From positions 1 through 55,069 of the IMG/VR virus record IMGVR_UViG_3300036792_000058: a stretch of DNA of 55,069 nt; one strand, written 5' to 3'. Shown piece after piece: positions 33,590 through 42,768 of the stretch. Source of the stretch: a virus. Lineage: Duplodnaviria > Caudoviricetes. A program made the position numbers and the translations under genes. Below the pieces are notes generated by a model. It did no database searches and was not told where the DNA came from. It worked only from the letters and a program-made list of their open reading frames with translations. Positions within the stretch are counted from its first letter, which is position 1. Each line of letters starts with the position of its first letter.

Positions 33590-35197
33590 ATGGCCGACGC
33601 ACTCCGCTCGTTCAGGCACGGCGTTACCCCGCAGACCGAGCAGGCCCGTCCCGACGAAGTGAAGAACAACGCCGGCGGCTACGTGTTCGAGGTTGACGAC
33701 CGCACCCGGCTCAACCGCTTCCTGACCCTCGGCACCGAGGGCGGCACGTACTACGTGGACGAGCAGAAGCTCACCCGTGACAACGCCAAGCTCGTCGTCA
33801 AGATGAGCGAGGGCAGCGACCGCAAGCTGATCATGGACACCGTGATGGTGTCGCACGACGGGCGTGCCCCGCGTAACCAGCCTGCCCTGTTCGCCATGGC
33901 GGCTGCGGCCGGACTCGGCGACACTGCCTACCGGCACGAGGCGCTGGACTTCCTGCCCCAGGTCGCGCGCACCGGCTACCACTTCCTGGTCTGGGCCGAG
34001 TACATCGAGATGTTCCGTGGCTGGGGCCCGCAACTCGTCAAGGGCGTCGCGAACTGGTACAAGATCCAGTCGCCGGAAGACCTCGCCTACCAGGTGCTGA
34101 AGTACAAGCAGCGCGAGGGCTGGTCGCAGCGCGACCTCATGCGGCTGGCCAATGGTGCCGGCGGCCTCAAGCACGGGGCCACCTCAGCGCAGGCGGCTGT
34201 GTTCGATTACGTCATGAAGGGCCACTTCGACCCTGACGCGCTGCCGCCGGTCATCGAGGCCGCCCACAAGGCGCACGAGACCCGCGACGTTCGTGAGTGG
34301 GTACGGCTGATCGAGCGCAACCGCTCGCTGTCGTGGGAGATGCTGCCCTCCGAGGCGCTGGCCAAGGCTGAGGTGTGGGTCGCGCTGATCGACAACGGGA
34401 ACCTCCCGCTCGGCGCGCTGCTGCGCAACCTGTCGCGGCTGACCCGGCTGGGTGTCATCGCCCCGATGTCCACGTACAACGCGTGGATCGCGGCCCTGCT
34501 CACTGACAAGACGGCGATCCTCAAGGCGCGCATCCACCCGATCCAGGTGCTGCTGGCGCTCAAGACCTACGCCCTGGGGCACTCAATCCAGGGCACCTCA
34601 CGGTGGCTGCCGGTCCCGCAGGTCACTGACGCGCTGAACGAGATGTTCTACCTCGCGTTCGGCAACGTGGTGCCCTCGGGCAAGCGCACGCTGATCTGCC
34701 TGGACGTGTCCAGCTCGATGAACAACACCGTCTCCGGCTACGCGTTCAAGGCGCGGGAGATCTCGGCTGCCATGGCCCTGATCACGATGAAGACCGAGCC
34801 GCAGTACGCGGCGATGGCCTTCTCCCACCAGTTCGTGCCGCTAGGCATCTCCCCCGCGCAGCGCCTGGACGACGTGGTGAACTCGATCTCCAACCTGCCG
34901 TTCGGCCGGACTGACTGCGCGCTGCCCATGGCGTGGGCCCAGTACAACAACCTGGCGGTGGACACCTTCCAGGTCTGGACGGACAACGAGACCTGGTACG
35001 GGCCCAACGGCCACCCGCACGAGGCGCTGAAGAGCTACCGCCGGGCCACCGGCATCAACGCCCGGCTCCAGGTGGCTGCGGTCACCCCGACGCAGTTCTC
35101 GATCGCGGACCCGCTGGACCCCGGTCAGCTCGACGTGTCCGGGTTCGACGCGGCGGTGCCGAAGCTGATGGCCGACCACGCTCGCGGAGACATCTGA
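33590..35197 (+). CDS. rsr: Ro60/Rsr TROVE-domain RNA-binding protein with a C-terminal vWA domain
   Basis: 'NNAGGYVF...RLNRFLTLGTEGGTYY', 'KYKQREGWSQRDLMRL', 'ALLRNL', MIDAS 'DVSSSM', 'TDCALPM', 'TDNETW', 'GFD'; AGGAAGG RBS before ATG 33590. Confidence 0.95.
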   Translation: MADALRSFRHGVTPQTEQARPDEVKNNAGGYVFEVDDRTRLNRFLTLGTEGGTYYVDEQKLTRDNAKLVVKMSEGSDRKLIMDTVMVSHDGRAPRNQPALFAMAAAAGLGDTAYRHEALDFLPQVARTGYHFLVWAEYIEMFRGWGPQLVKGVANWYKIQSPEDLAYQVLKYKQREGWSQRDLMRLANGAGGLKHGATSAQAAVFDYVMKGHFDPDALPPVIEAAHKAHETRDVREWVRLIERNRSLSWEMLPSEALAKAEVWVALIDNGNLPLGALLRNLSRLTRLGVIAPMSTYNAWIAALLTDKTAILKARIHPIQVLLALKTYALGHSIQGTSRWLPVPQVTDALNEMFYLAFGNVVPSGKRTLICLDVSSSMNNTVSGYAFKAREISAAMALITMKTEPQYAAMAFSHQFVPLGISPAQRLDDVVNSISNLPFGRTDCALPMAWAQYNNLAVDTFQVWTDNETWYGPNGHPHEALKSYRRATGINARLQVAAVTPTQFSIADPLDPGQLDVSGFDAAVPKLMADHARGDI

Positions 35198-35349
35198 TGA
35201 CCACCGTCATCTGGCGCAATTCCGAAACGCGCGAGGAATCGGTTCAGCGCCCCGGCGACCCGGTGTTCGTGGAGAGCCAGTCGGTCACCCAGGCAGGCAG
35301 CGGCAGCACGGTCATCATCTCGTACCGGCCATTCGAGTTCGCCTTTTAG
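35197..35349 (+). CDS. 50-aa hypothetical protein coupled to Ro60
   Basis: TGATG overlap with the rsr stop. Confidence 0.45.
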   Translation: MTTVIWRNSETREESVQRPGDPVFVESQSVTQAGSGSTVIISYRPFEFAF

Positions 35350-35351
35350 GA

Positions 35352-36173
35352 GTGACCGTGCAGCTACGGGTGCTAGTCGCCTGTGAGTGCAGCGGCCGGG
35401 TGCGCGAGGCGTTTGCGAAGCGCGGGTGGCAGGCGTGGTCGGCAGACCTGCTGCCCAGTGAACTGCCCCCGCGCCTGCTCGCCACCCGTGACATCGCCAG
35501 GGTCCTGGTTAACAAGAGCGCCCCCATGAACGCGGGCGGCCACTACCAGGGCGACGTGCTCGACCTGTTCAACTGGAACCACCCGGTCAACGACGGGCGC
35601 AGCAACCTGAACCGTCACTGGCCGGTATGGGATGCTACCCCGTCGCCGCCCCTGTGGGACCTGATCATCGCCCACCCGCCGTGCACTGACCTGAGCTACG
35701 CCGGGGCCCGGTGGTTCAAGCTCAAGGACGCCCGGCGCGGCGGTGACGGCCGGATGCAGGCGGCTGCCGCGTTCTTCATGGAGATGCTGACCGCGCCCAG
35801 CCCGCTGATAGCTGTGGAGAATCCTCACAGCATCATCCAGGAGGAGGGCTGGGCCGGCAGGTCCGATCAGGTTGTCCAGCCGTGGTGGTTCGGTGACCCG
35901 TACGTCAAGGACACGCACCTGTGGCTCAAGGCACTGCCCGAGCTGAACCCGGACAAGCCTGTCACCCCCGAGTGGCGGGTGACGACCGGCGGTGGTAGCT
36001 GGCGAACTGACAAGGCCGCCCAGCGCAAGGCGATGTCCTCCTACGAGGACTCCGAGGGCAGGATCAACCGCGCTAAGGTGAGGTCACGGACGTTCCCCGG
36101 CTTCGCCCGCGCGATGGCGGACCAGTGGGGCTCGTTCGCGGAGAAGTACTACGCCGATCTCGGACGACACTAG
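35352..36173 (+). CDS. Phage-type DNA cytosine methyltransferase-like protein
   Basis: 'VLVACECSGRVREAF', catalytic 'HPPCT', 'ENP', 'QPWWFG...K.T.LW' and 'RSRTFPGFARAMADQW'. Confidence 0.85.
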   Translation: MTVQLRVLVACECSGRVREAFAKRGWQAWSADLLPSELPPRLLATRDIARVLVNKSAPMNAGGHYQGDVLDLFNWNHPVNDGRSNLNRHWPVWDATPSPPLWDLIIAHPPCTDLSYAGARWFKLKDARRGGDGRMQAAAAFFMEMLTAPSPLIAVENPHSIIQEEGWAGRSDQVVQPWWFGDPYVKDTHLWLKALPELNPDKPVTPEWRVTTGGGSWRTDKAAQRKAMSSYEDSEGRINRAKVRSRTFPGFARAMADQWGSFAEKYYADLGRH

Positions 36174-36182
36174 GCTGGAGCC

Positions 36183-36785
36183 ATGGCCGACAGCAACGAC
36201 GTTCTCCAGCAGTACTACCCGTGGCTGCGGAAGACGGCAGGTAACCTGATCGGCTTTGACGACCCGTGGCTGGACGACCTGATCCAGGAGGGGTACATCG
36301 CCATGTGGCGGGCCTACCAGGACTACGACCCGGACAGGGGCCCGCTGGTGCCGCGCCTGCTGTACTGCGCCCGCAAGCGCATGGTGAACGTCGCCTACGG
36401 GGCGCACAGGTACACGGGCCACGAGCCGGCACGCGGCCATGCGGAGGCGAAGTCTCCCCTGCACTATGACGAACTCCCAGACCGCGAGTACGTGATGCCC
36501 GTGACCAGGGACGACCCGTACGTTGAGCCGTCGCTGACCGATGCCCTGGCAGCCCTGCCGCCGAAGCAGCGCGCGTACGTGTTCCTGCGGTTCTGGATAG
36601 CCAACGGCGCGTTCGGCCGCACTCCCTCGGTCATGAGGCTGCGCGAGCAGTACCCGCTGCTGGGTAACGACAAGCTCTGGCTCAGGGCCCGCGACGCACT
36701 CCGTAAAGACCCACGGGTGCGGGTGCTAGCGGGACTTCCGCCAGTAGAAATAGATGAAGACACTGCGGCGTTAGGAATAACATGA
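36183..36785 (+). CDS. ECF-like RNA polymerase sigma factor
   Basis: Region 2 'DDLIQEGYIAMWRAYQDYDPDRG'; region 4 'ALAALPPKQRAYVFLRF'. Confidence 0.8.
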   Translation: MADSNDVLQQYYPWLRKTAGNLIGFDDPWLDDLIQEGYIAMWRAYQDYDPDRGPLVPRLLYCARKRMVNVAYGAHRYTGHEPARGHAEAKSPLHYDELPDREYVMPVTRDDPYVEPSLTDALAALPPKQRAYVFLRFWIANGAFGRTPSVMRLREQYPLLGNDKLWLRARDALRKDPRVRVLAGLPPVEIDEDTAALGIT

Positions 36786-37057
36786 CTGATTACATCGAGG
36801 GGCCCGCCAAGGGCAAGGTCCAGTTCATCAAGAACGCGGGCGGCATCCAGCTTGAGATGGTGCCCAGTCGCACGGCACCCACCGGCACGTACGTCTGCGT
36901 GGTGGACAACGGGCACTTCGAGGCCGCCGCCATAGCCAAGACCGCAGACGACCTGCAAGCGTTCAACGTTCCCACGGACGACCGCCCCAAGTGGTGGCTG
37001 CACGTGGACGACGAAACCCTCAAGAAGCTCCTGTACGAGGGAGGCAGTGCCCCGTGA
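36782..37057 (+). CDS. Hypothetical phage protein
   Basis: 'VCVVDNGHFEAAAIA' ORF in operon. Confidence 0.6.
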   Translation: MTDYIEGPAKGKVQFIKNAGGIQLEMVPSRTAPTGTYVCVVDNGHFEAAAIAKTADDLQAFNVPTDDRPKWWLHVDDETLKKLLYEGGSAP

Positions 37058-37145
37058 AGCACATCACCGAGCTGATCGCGTTCATCGCGGTCCTGACATT
37101 CGTCTTCCTGCTGGTCTTCCTGGCCCACAATCACTGGCACTTCTG

Positions 37146-38006
37146 ATGAAGGAACACTACCGCCCGAAGCAGGAGAAGCGGTCGCTGGACAAGCACGCTA
37201 CCCCGTGGCACAAAGAGGTAGCCGAGCGGGGGACGATCCTGCTCACCGAGGTGGGCTCGGGCCTGCACGGCACGTCTGTCTCTGACCAGGACGACCGCGA
37301 CGAGATGGGCGTGTGCATCGAGCCGCCGGATGCCGTGATCGGCTTCAAGAGCTTCGAGCAGTACGAGTGGAAGACCGCCTGGGAGCGCGAGGGGATGCGC
37401 GCCAACCGCTCCGGTCCCGGTGACGTGGACCTGGTGGTCTACAGCCTCCGCAAGTGGATGCGGCTGGCGATGAACGGCAACCCCACCGTGCTGCTGATGC
37501 TGTTCGCCCCCAGTAACAAGATCGTCCGGCAGTCGGTCGAGGGCATCGAGCTGCGCCGGATGATGCCGCAGTACATCCTGAGCCAGCTCGCGGGCCAGCG
37601 CTTCATCGGCTACCTGCACAAGCAGCGTGAGAACCTGCTGTCTCACAATGGCAAGGGCCGGGACTGCACGCGGCCGGAGCTGATCGAGAAGTACGGCTTC
37701 GACACCAAGTTCGCCGGGCACATGATCCGGCTGGGCATCCAGGGGCTGGAACTTCTGAACACGGGCAAGATCACGCTGCCGATGACCTCGGCCGACGCCT
37801 ACCTGATCAAGGCGATCCGCACCGGGAACTACAAGATGGACGAGTGCCTGGCCATGGCAGAGATCCTGGAGGAAGACCTGGTTACCCTGATGGCCTCCGG
37901 CAAGTCCCCGCTGCGGCCGGAACCTGCCTACGAGGAGATCGACAAGTGGCTGGCGGCCATCTACCAGTGGCGCTGGACAACGGACGCAATCAACCAGGAG
38001 GAATGA
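37146..38006 (+). CDS. Pol-beta superfamily nucleotidyltransferase (RlaP/YcgL-type)
   Basis: 'VGSGLHG...DDRDEMG' GS/DxD motif, 'YSLRKW..LA..GNP.VL..LF', 'GFDTKFAGHMIRL'. Confidence 0.85.
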   Translation: MKEHYRPKQEKRSLDKHATPWHKEVAERGTILLTEVGSGLHGTSVSDQDDRDEMGVCIEPPDAVIGFKSFEQYEWKTAWEREGMRANRSGPGDVDLVVYSLRKWMRLAMNGNPTVLLMLFAPSNKIVRQSVEGIELRRMMPQYILSQLAGQRFIGYLHKQRENLLSHNGKGRDCTRPELIEKYGFDTKFAGHMIRLGIQGLELLNTGKITLPMTSADAYLIKAIRTGNYKMDECLAMAEILEEDLVTLMASGKSPLRPEPAYEEIDKWLAAIYQWRWTTDAINQEE

Positions 38007-38380
38007 TGGTCTACGTCGCGTCCCTCTGTCACCACATAGAAGAGGGCACTACCGTCCGGATCGAGGAAGTCAGCCTCTGGCACCTGTACAAGGAACACCT
38101 GGGCGACTGGGTGTTCGGTGCGATGTCGCGTATCCAGTACGACTGGATGTACGAGGTGCGCTGGGGACGCAAGGACCCCGACTGGGGGCTAGCCGACCAC
38201 AGCCTGGGGCACCTGCTGTTCGCCTTTTCCCAGTGGTGCGGCAACGGCTTCGGGCACTGGCACGACCGGAAGCTGATTGCTTCCTTCCCGGTGACGCCTG
38301 AATGGGTGCGCGAGCACATGCCTGAGCTAGGATGGCCTTGGGACGGCAGCGAACTTGACTGTGAGGAGGGTTCACAGTGA
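38003..38380 (+). CDS. Hypothetical protein
   Basis: ATGA overlap, GGAGG RBS. Confidence 0.55.
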   Translation: MMVYVASLCHHIEEGTTVRIEEVSLWHLYKEHLGDWVFGAMSRIQYDWMYEVRWGRKDPDWGLADHSLGHLLFAFSQWCGNGFGHWHDRKLIASFPVTPEWVREHMPELGWPWDGSELDCEEGSQ

Positions 38381-38832
38381 CGGCCCTGACTGAGCACCTG
38401 ATGCCGTGGTACCCGTTCGAGGACGCGAGCATCATCATCCCGTCGCGCGTCTACTGGAGATCTGAGCACCCGCTGGAGATCGTCATCGTCTTCGGCACCA
38501 CCGTTGACGAGGCAGACAACCCGGACTACAACGACCCGGACGCCAGCCACATCAGGTGGGTGTTCAGCCGGGAGCTGCTGACCGAGGCGCGGATGAAGGG
38601 CAAGGCGGGCATCGGGGACGTGCACGTGGAGATCACCCGCGACACGATGTTCCTCACCCTCACCAGCCCGTTCGGCGAGGTCAAGCTTCGAACGGTGTCC
38701 CGGCTCATGGAGGAGTTCATCAGGCGCACGTACGAGGTGACGAACTCCGAAGCCGAGGAAGGGGCCATGCCGCTGACGGACATCGAGCTTCAGTTGATCG
38801 TGCGCGAGTGGGAGGGCAAGAGCTTTGATTGA
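38377..38832 (+). CDS. SsgA-family (SALP) sporulation/cell-division regulator
   Basis: 'HPLEIVIVF...WVFSRELL...AGIGDVHV...LTSPFGE...FIRRTYEV' SALP signature. Confidence 0.85.
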   Translation: MTALTEHLMPWYPFEDASIIIPSRVYWRSEHPLEIVIVFGTTVDEADNPDYNDPDASHIRWVFSRELLTEARMKGKAGIGDVHVEITRDTMFLTLTSPFGEVKLRTVSRLMEEFIRRTYEVTNSEAEEGAMPLTDIELQLIVREWEGKSFD

Positions 38833-39316
38833 CGGGCTGGTTGACAGCGTAATCGGCGTTGACCCCGGCCCGAGCACCGGCATCTCGTTCATCGACTACA
38901 TCGGTGACCGCATCGAGGGGTCCGCGCACATCCAGGTGGACGGCAAGTCCGCGTACGTTGTCCTGGAGGCGATGCTAGCCCGCTACTACAGCGACGCCAC
39001 GGTCTTCCGCGTCCGCGCCGCCCAGGTCGAGGCGTTCGTCCACGCGCAAAGCGCCGGGTCCAAGGGCGAGGACGCTGAAGTTACCCGGCAACTGGCGTTC
39101 AAGCTCGCTGAACTCCTCCAGCTCTGGGGCTACAACGTAGAGATGCGCAAGAAAGCAGACATCTACAAGAAGGACGGCACCGGCTGGGCCAACGACAAGC
39201 GCCTGGAGCGAGCCGGCCTGCTCCGGCCACCTGAGAACCGCCACGCCAACGACGGCACCCGCCACGCCCTGTACCGCGCCGTCCACGACCTGCACAAGCC
39301 CGACCCCCTGAGGTGA
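38825..39316 (+). CDS. RuvC-like Holliday junction resolvase
   Basis: 'VIGVDPGPSTGI', conserved E, 'HANDGTRHAL'. Confidence 0.75.
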   Translation: MIDGLVDSVIGVDPGPSTGISFIDYIGDRIEGSAHIQVDGKSAYVVLEAMLARYYSDATVFRVRAAQVEAFVHAQSAGSKGEDAEVTRQLAFKLAELLQLWGYNVEMRKKADIYKKDGTGWANDKRLERAGLLRPPENRHANDGTRHALYRAVHDLHKPDPLR

Positions 39317-39319
39317 GAG

Positions 39320-39556
39320 ATGCCGCAACCAGTCGTGTACATCTACGAGGTCAAGATCACGGGCCAGCCTTCGGCCTATTTCACCTGGCCTAACCCCGCG
39401 AAGAAGTTCATCCGGGACGTGTACACCACCTTTGACGGCGCGCTCGCCCTGCCTCCCAGGGACAGGCTGAAGGTCACCCGCCACAAGGTCAATCCCCGTG
39501 CGAGCCACGCCATGATCGAGGATGTTATCGACGTGGAGGAGTGGCTTGCTGCCTGA
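39320..39556 (+). CDS. Hypothetical protein
   Basis: ORF with GAGG RBS. Confidence 0.5.
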   Translation: MPQPVVYIYEVKITGQPSAYFTWPNPAKKFIRDVYTTFDGALALPPRDRLKVTRHKVNPRASHAMIEDVIDVEEWLAA

Positions 39557-39723
39557 GGGCGCGTTCTGGGTGCACAGGACCAAGGTCTACAAGGACGGGC
39601 CCGCGTGGGCGTGGAAATGCACGTCCTGCGAGGCCCCGCGAACTCTTCCCTTTGTAGGGGATCACACGCAGCTTCAGGCGTACGTGCGTGCCTGGAACCA
39701 CACGTCACTAGGAGGTTACAGCT

Positions 39724-40182
39724 ATGCCGGACCTGACTGACTACACAGACAACGAGATCGCGGCGGAGAACGGCCGGCGCTACAAGATCCAGCGCGCACG
39801 GGTAGAGCGAGAGAACGAGGCACGACGGCTGGCGTACGAGGAGAAGATCACCCAGAGGCTGCGCGGGGACATAGCTATCGCGCTCGGCCTGCCCGGCATC
39901 ACCGATGCCCAGCTTGACGGCATCCTGGCGGCGGTGCGGGAATATAACGAGAGCACCTGGGACTTATACCAGGCGACAGCAAACTTCTGGAGGAAGCATG
40001 CGACAGCCAGTGCTCGTGGTCCTGGACGTGGACCCGGACACCGACATGGACCAGCTAGGCCGTGGGATCGAGATGGAACTCCGCGACGCGGGCCGCAAGG
40101 TGCAGTGGGCAGTCCCCGTGCAGCGCACGGACGGCGTTCCCGCCGGAATGGTGGTGGCTCCCCGTGGGTAGGCCCGCCATGA
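39724..40182 (+). CDS. Hypothetical protein (3' part overlaps ORF 39998-40171)
   Basis: GGAGG RBS; coiled-coil N-terminal half. Confidence 0.45.
   Translation: MPDLTDYTDNEIAAENGRRYKIQRARVERENEARRLAYEEKITQRLRGDIAIALGLPGITDAQLDGILAAVREYNESTWDLYQATANFWRKHATASARGPGRGPGHRHGPARPWDRDGTPRRGPQGAVGSPRAAHGRRSRRNGGGSPWVGPP
39998..40171 (+). CDS. Small hypothetical protein
   Basis: GGAGG RBS before ATG 39998. Confidence 0.45.
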   Translation: MRQPVLVVLDVDPDTDMDQLGRGIEMELRDAGRKVQWAVPVQRTDGVPAGMVVAPRG

Positions 40183-40364
40183 CGCGCATCGCCCAGATCA
40201 CCGGCACCCGGCACAACGAGCACGCCCTGGGGATTATGACCAAGATCAGGGAGAACGCGCCGGAGAAGGAACTGGGCAAGGGCGTCTTCATCCGCGTCTC
40301 CAAGCGTGACCTGCCCGGCCTGCGCGCCCTGGTGACGTACCTGGAAGCCCTGGACGACTGCTGA
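40179..40364 (+). CDS. Small hypothetical protein
   Basis: Fills the operon gap; TGATG overlap with the next gene. Confidence 0.45.
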   Translation: MTRIAQITGTRHNEHALGIMTKIRENAPEKELGKGVFIRVSKRDLPGLRALVTYLEALDDC

Positions 40365-40840
40365 TGGAATCCTGGTGGGCACTCGTCCTGTGGTCGCTGG
40401 CCGGCTACCTGCTGGTGGGGTCATTCATCTCCCGGTTCGTCTACCAGCAGGTGGAGTTCGAGGGCTTCAAGCGCATTCCAGCCAGCGGCAACCGCTACTA
40501 CGACTACGACAGCGGCTACAAGTACACATCGACCAAAGAGCGGAACGCCGGCAAGGCATGGTGGCTCTCCCAGACATGGGGCCTGTGGGTAACACTCGGC
40601 CCGCCTGCTGCGGTGCTGGCCGGCGTCGGCGCTGCGTTCTTCTTCACCGGCGTGGGTGTCGGCAAGGCGGTCGAGTGGTGGATCAAGTCTGACTCCATCA
40701 GCGTCAAGCCGCTGGTGCCGCACCGCCCTTCCCTGGCCTCGGCTGAGGAGAAGCTGGACAGCGTGACGAAAGAACTCGCCGGGCTGCAAAAGGACAACGC
40801 GGTACGGTACGAGTGGGACAAGGGGACGGGCGATGAATGA
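40364..40840 (+). CDS. Membrane protein
   Basis: Two hydrophobic segments. Confidence 0.6.
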   Translation: MESWWALVLWSLAGYLLVGSFISRFVYQQVEFEGFKRIPASGNRYYDYDSGYKYTSTKERNAGKAWWLSQTWGLWVTLGPPAAVLAGVGAAFFFTGVGVGKAVEWWIKSDSISVKPLVPHRPSLASAEEKLDSVTKELAGLQKDNAVRYEWDKGTGDE

Positions 40841-41420
40841 CGCCATGCTCAGGTGGATAGCCGCCAAGAGCGACGACGAGCGCGAGTCCCTTACCCCCTA
40901 CCTCAGCGCGCATGACATGCTGAGGATCGTCGAGATGCAGACGCCAAAATGGGAACGAGAGAAGCAGGAGAAGCAGATGACAGACCTGGGAATCACCAGC
41001 GGGGCAAGAGCCGGGGACGCTGACCGGAACAAGTACGTGGATCACCTGTCCAAGTCGGTATCGACCGGGCACCTGACCTCCGAGGAGTTCGACGTGCGAT
41101 CCTCGCGGGCCCTGACGGCGAAGACGATCAAGGACCTGGACGCCCTGATCCCTGACCTGCCCTCGATGAAATCGGTGGCTAAGCAACCCTCGCGCTTCGC
41201 GGGGATGACCGAGGAATGGAACTGGCCTGCCGTTGGCTGGCTGGGCGGTATCGTGGGGTCCTTGTGCCTGGCGGTCTGCACGCCCATAGGCATCATCAGC
41301 GGGGAAAACGGGACGAACCACCTCGGGCCCATCCTGCCTGCGGTCATAGCCCTGGCGATCATCATCGGCGTCGTCGGCTTCATCGTCAGCCTTATCAGCT
41401 TCGTCGTCGAAATAGACTGA
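40833..41420 (+). CDS. DUF1707 (SHOCT-like) domain membrane protein
   Basis: 'RAGDADR...L...GHLTSEEFDVRSSRALTAKTIKDLDALIPDLP' plus two TM helices; alternative start at 40977. Confidence 0.75.
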   Translation: MNDAMLRWIAAKSDDERESLTPYLSAHDMLRIVEMQTPKWEREKQEKQMTDLGITSGARAGDADRNKYVDHLSKSVSTGHLTSEEFDVRSSRALTAKTIKDLDALIPDLPSMKSVAKQPSRFAGMTEEWNWPAVGWLGGIVGSLCLAVCTPIGIISGENGTNHLGPILPAVIALAIIIGVVGFIVSLISFVVEID

Positions 41421-41668
41421 TGTACCAGTGCTTCATCCGCATGAGCGAGTCCCGCTACGGCGCGATGACCGGGCCGCTGTCGTTCGTCTCCGCGCAGGAG
41501 AGACTGAAGTTCGTCACGACCGACGTGCGGGTGTACTGGTATCATTTCGCGGAAGAGGACGACTGGTTCGACTGGCGGCGCGGCGGCGCGTGGGCGGCTA
41601 CTGCGGAGCCCGGCAGGGCAGATGTGGTGCCCGAGCCGCCGGAAATCACCGAGGAAGACCGGCTGTGA
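41420..41668 (+). CDS. Hypothetical protein
   Basis: TGATG overlap. Confidence 0.45.
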   Translation: MYQCFIRMSESRYGAMTGPLSFVSAQERLKFVTTDVRVYWYHFAEEDDWFDWRRGGAWAATAEPGRADVVPEPPEITEEDRL

Positions 41669-41952
41669 GTACCGCGACCGAACTGTTTACTGACATCACA
41701 GAGCTGCCTGACTTCGAGGCGTCGCCGCCTTGCGGCACCATGTTCGTGAACAGGGTCACCAAGCACGAGTTCCCCTGCGGCAAGCCGGCTGTGATCCGGA
41801 TGCACATGAGGTGCCCGAGCTGCGCGCGTGCCCGGACGGTGTTCCTCTGCCAGTTGTGCTACGACGACCTTCACAGGCAGAAACTCACCTGCTGGTACTG
41901 TTACACGCAAGGGGTGAGCAAGCCCGTAGTCGGTACCGTCAGGGAGATGTGA
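41665..41952 (+). CDS. Cys-rich Zn-finger protein
   Basis: CPSC, CQLC, CWYC; GTGA overlap. Confidence 0.55.
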   Translation: MSTATELFTDITELPDFEASPPCGTMFVNRVTKHEFPCGKPAVIRMHMRCPSCARARTVFLCQLCYDDLHRQKLTCWYCYTQGVSKPVVGTVREM

Positions 41953-42224
41953 TGAAGGGTCGCGAGCTTTACATGCGCTGCGTCAAGGCACGCATCGTGT
42001 CCTGGCTGAACTCCAGTCAGGTGGGCGCGATCCTCCCGGCGGGTGACAGCTTCGTAGTCCTTGCCGTGTACGACAACGGGCGGTACGTCGAGCCCGAGAC
42101 AATACGAATCCCGAATAGCCCCGCTGACCTGTGGGGACCAGACGGCCCCGTGAACATGGGTCCTGTTCCCCCGGCCGGCTCTGAAGACAACCCGGAGGAA
42201 CCACCTGATGGCCCTGAAGAGTAA
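41952..42224 (+). CDS. Hypothetical protein
   Basis: TGATG overlap. Confidence 0.5.
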   Translation: MKGRELYMRCVKARIVSWLNSSQVGAILPAGDSFVVLAVYDNGRYVEPETIRIPNSPADLWGPDGPVNMGPVPPAGSEDNPEEPPDGPEE

Positions 42225-42447
42225 GCAAGTACGCAGACTGTCGTTCTGGATAACCATGCAGTTCCTGTTCACGCTCTTCTTGCTTGTAGACCTGCGTGCA
42301 GGGGACTACCTGTGGGTAGGACTCAACACGCTGCTCGTCCTGTGGGTCTCCTGGGAAGTCTTCGGGCTGCTGAACGACTGGGACCAGCCCGGCCGTACCC
42401 GCGAGCAGCTACTGGCGTGGGTAACCAAGAAGAAAGACGTGAACTGA
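42208..42447 (+). CDS. Small two-TM membrane protein
   Basis: Two hydrophobic helices. Confidence 0.55.
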   Translation: MALKSKQVRRLSFWITMQFLFTLFLLVDLRAGDYLWVGLNTLLVLWVSWEVFGLLNDWDQPGRTREQLLAWVTKKKDVN

Positions 42448-42659
42448 TGTCACACAGGTCAGATGCCGCGCGAATGCGAGACAAGCTGCGCCAGGAAGGA
42501 TTCTCGGTCGAGCTGACTAACGGCGGCCACTGGGAAGTCCGTGGGGAGAACGGCCGGAGGGTTACCACCTTTCCGCAAACTCCCAGCGACAGGCGATGGA
42601 AGCTGAATGCGGAAAGCGAAGTCAAGCGCTGGAAACGTGAGCAGGGAATAGCTGTATAG
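42447..42659 (+). CDS. HicA-like (dsRBD-fold) small protein
   Basis: 'LRQEGFSVELTNGGHWEV...TFPQTPSDRR' pattern. Confidence 0.65.
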   Translation: MSHRSDAARMRDKLRQEGFSVELTNGGHWEVRGENGRRVTTFPQTPSDRRWKLNAESEVKRWKREQGIAV

Positions 42660-42768
42660 TCAATTGTGTTACCCATTGCGCAAGCACGAGAGGAACTGGC
42701 CCTGACCCCGCCGCCTCAACCCCATGGCGTTGAGTCACTAGGACGCGCCGGAAGCCGAGAGGCCAATC

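Noticed and set aside
32714-33602. Short ORFs across the array (32714, 32716, 33301, 33339) and the Ro60 extension to 33524
   Set aside because: No RBS or recognisable protein features; they overlap covarying RNA structures; Ro60 has a good RBS and ATG at 33590.
42660-42768. Possible c-di-AMP riboswitch upstream of the LysM-Rpf gene
   Set aside because: Small hairpins are present, but I cannot find the ydaO-type conserved motifs.
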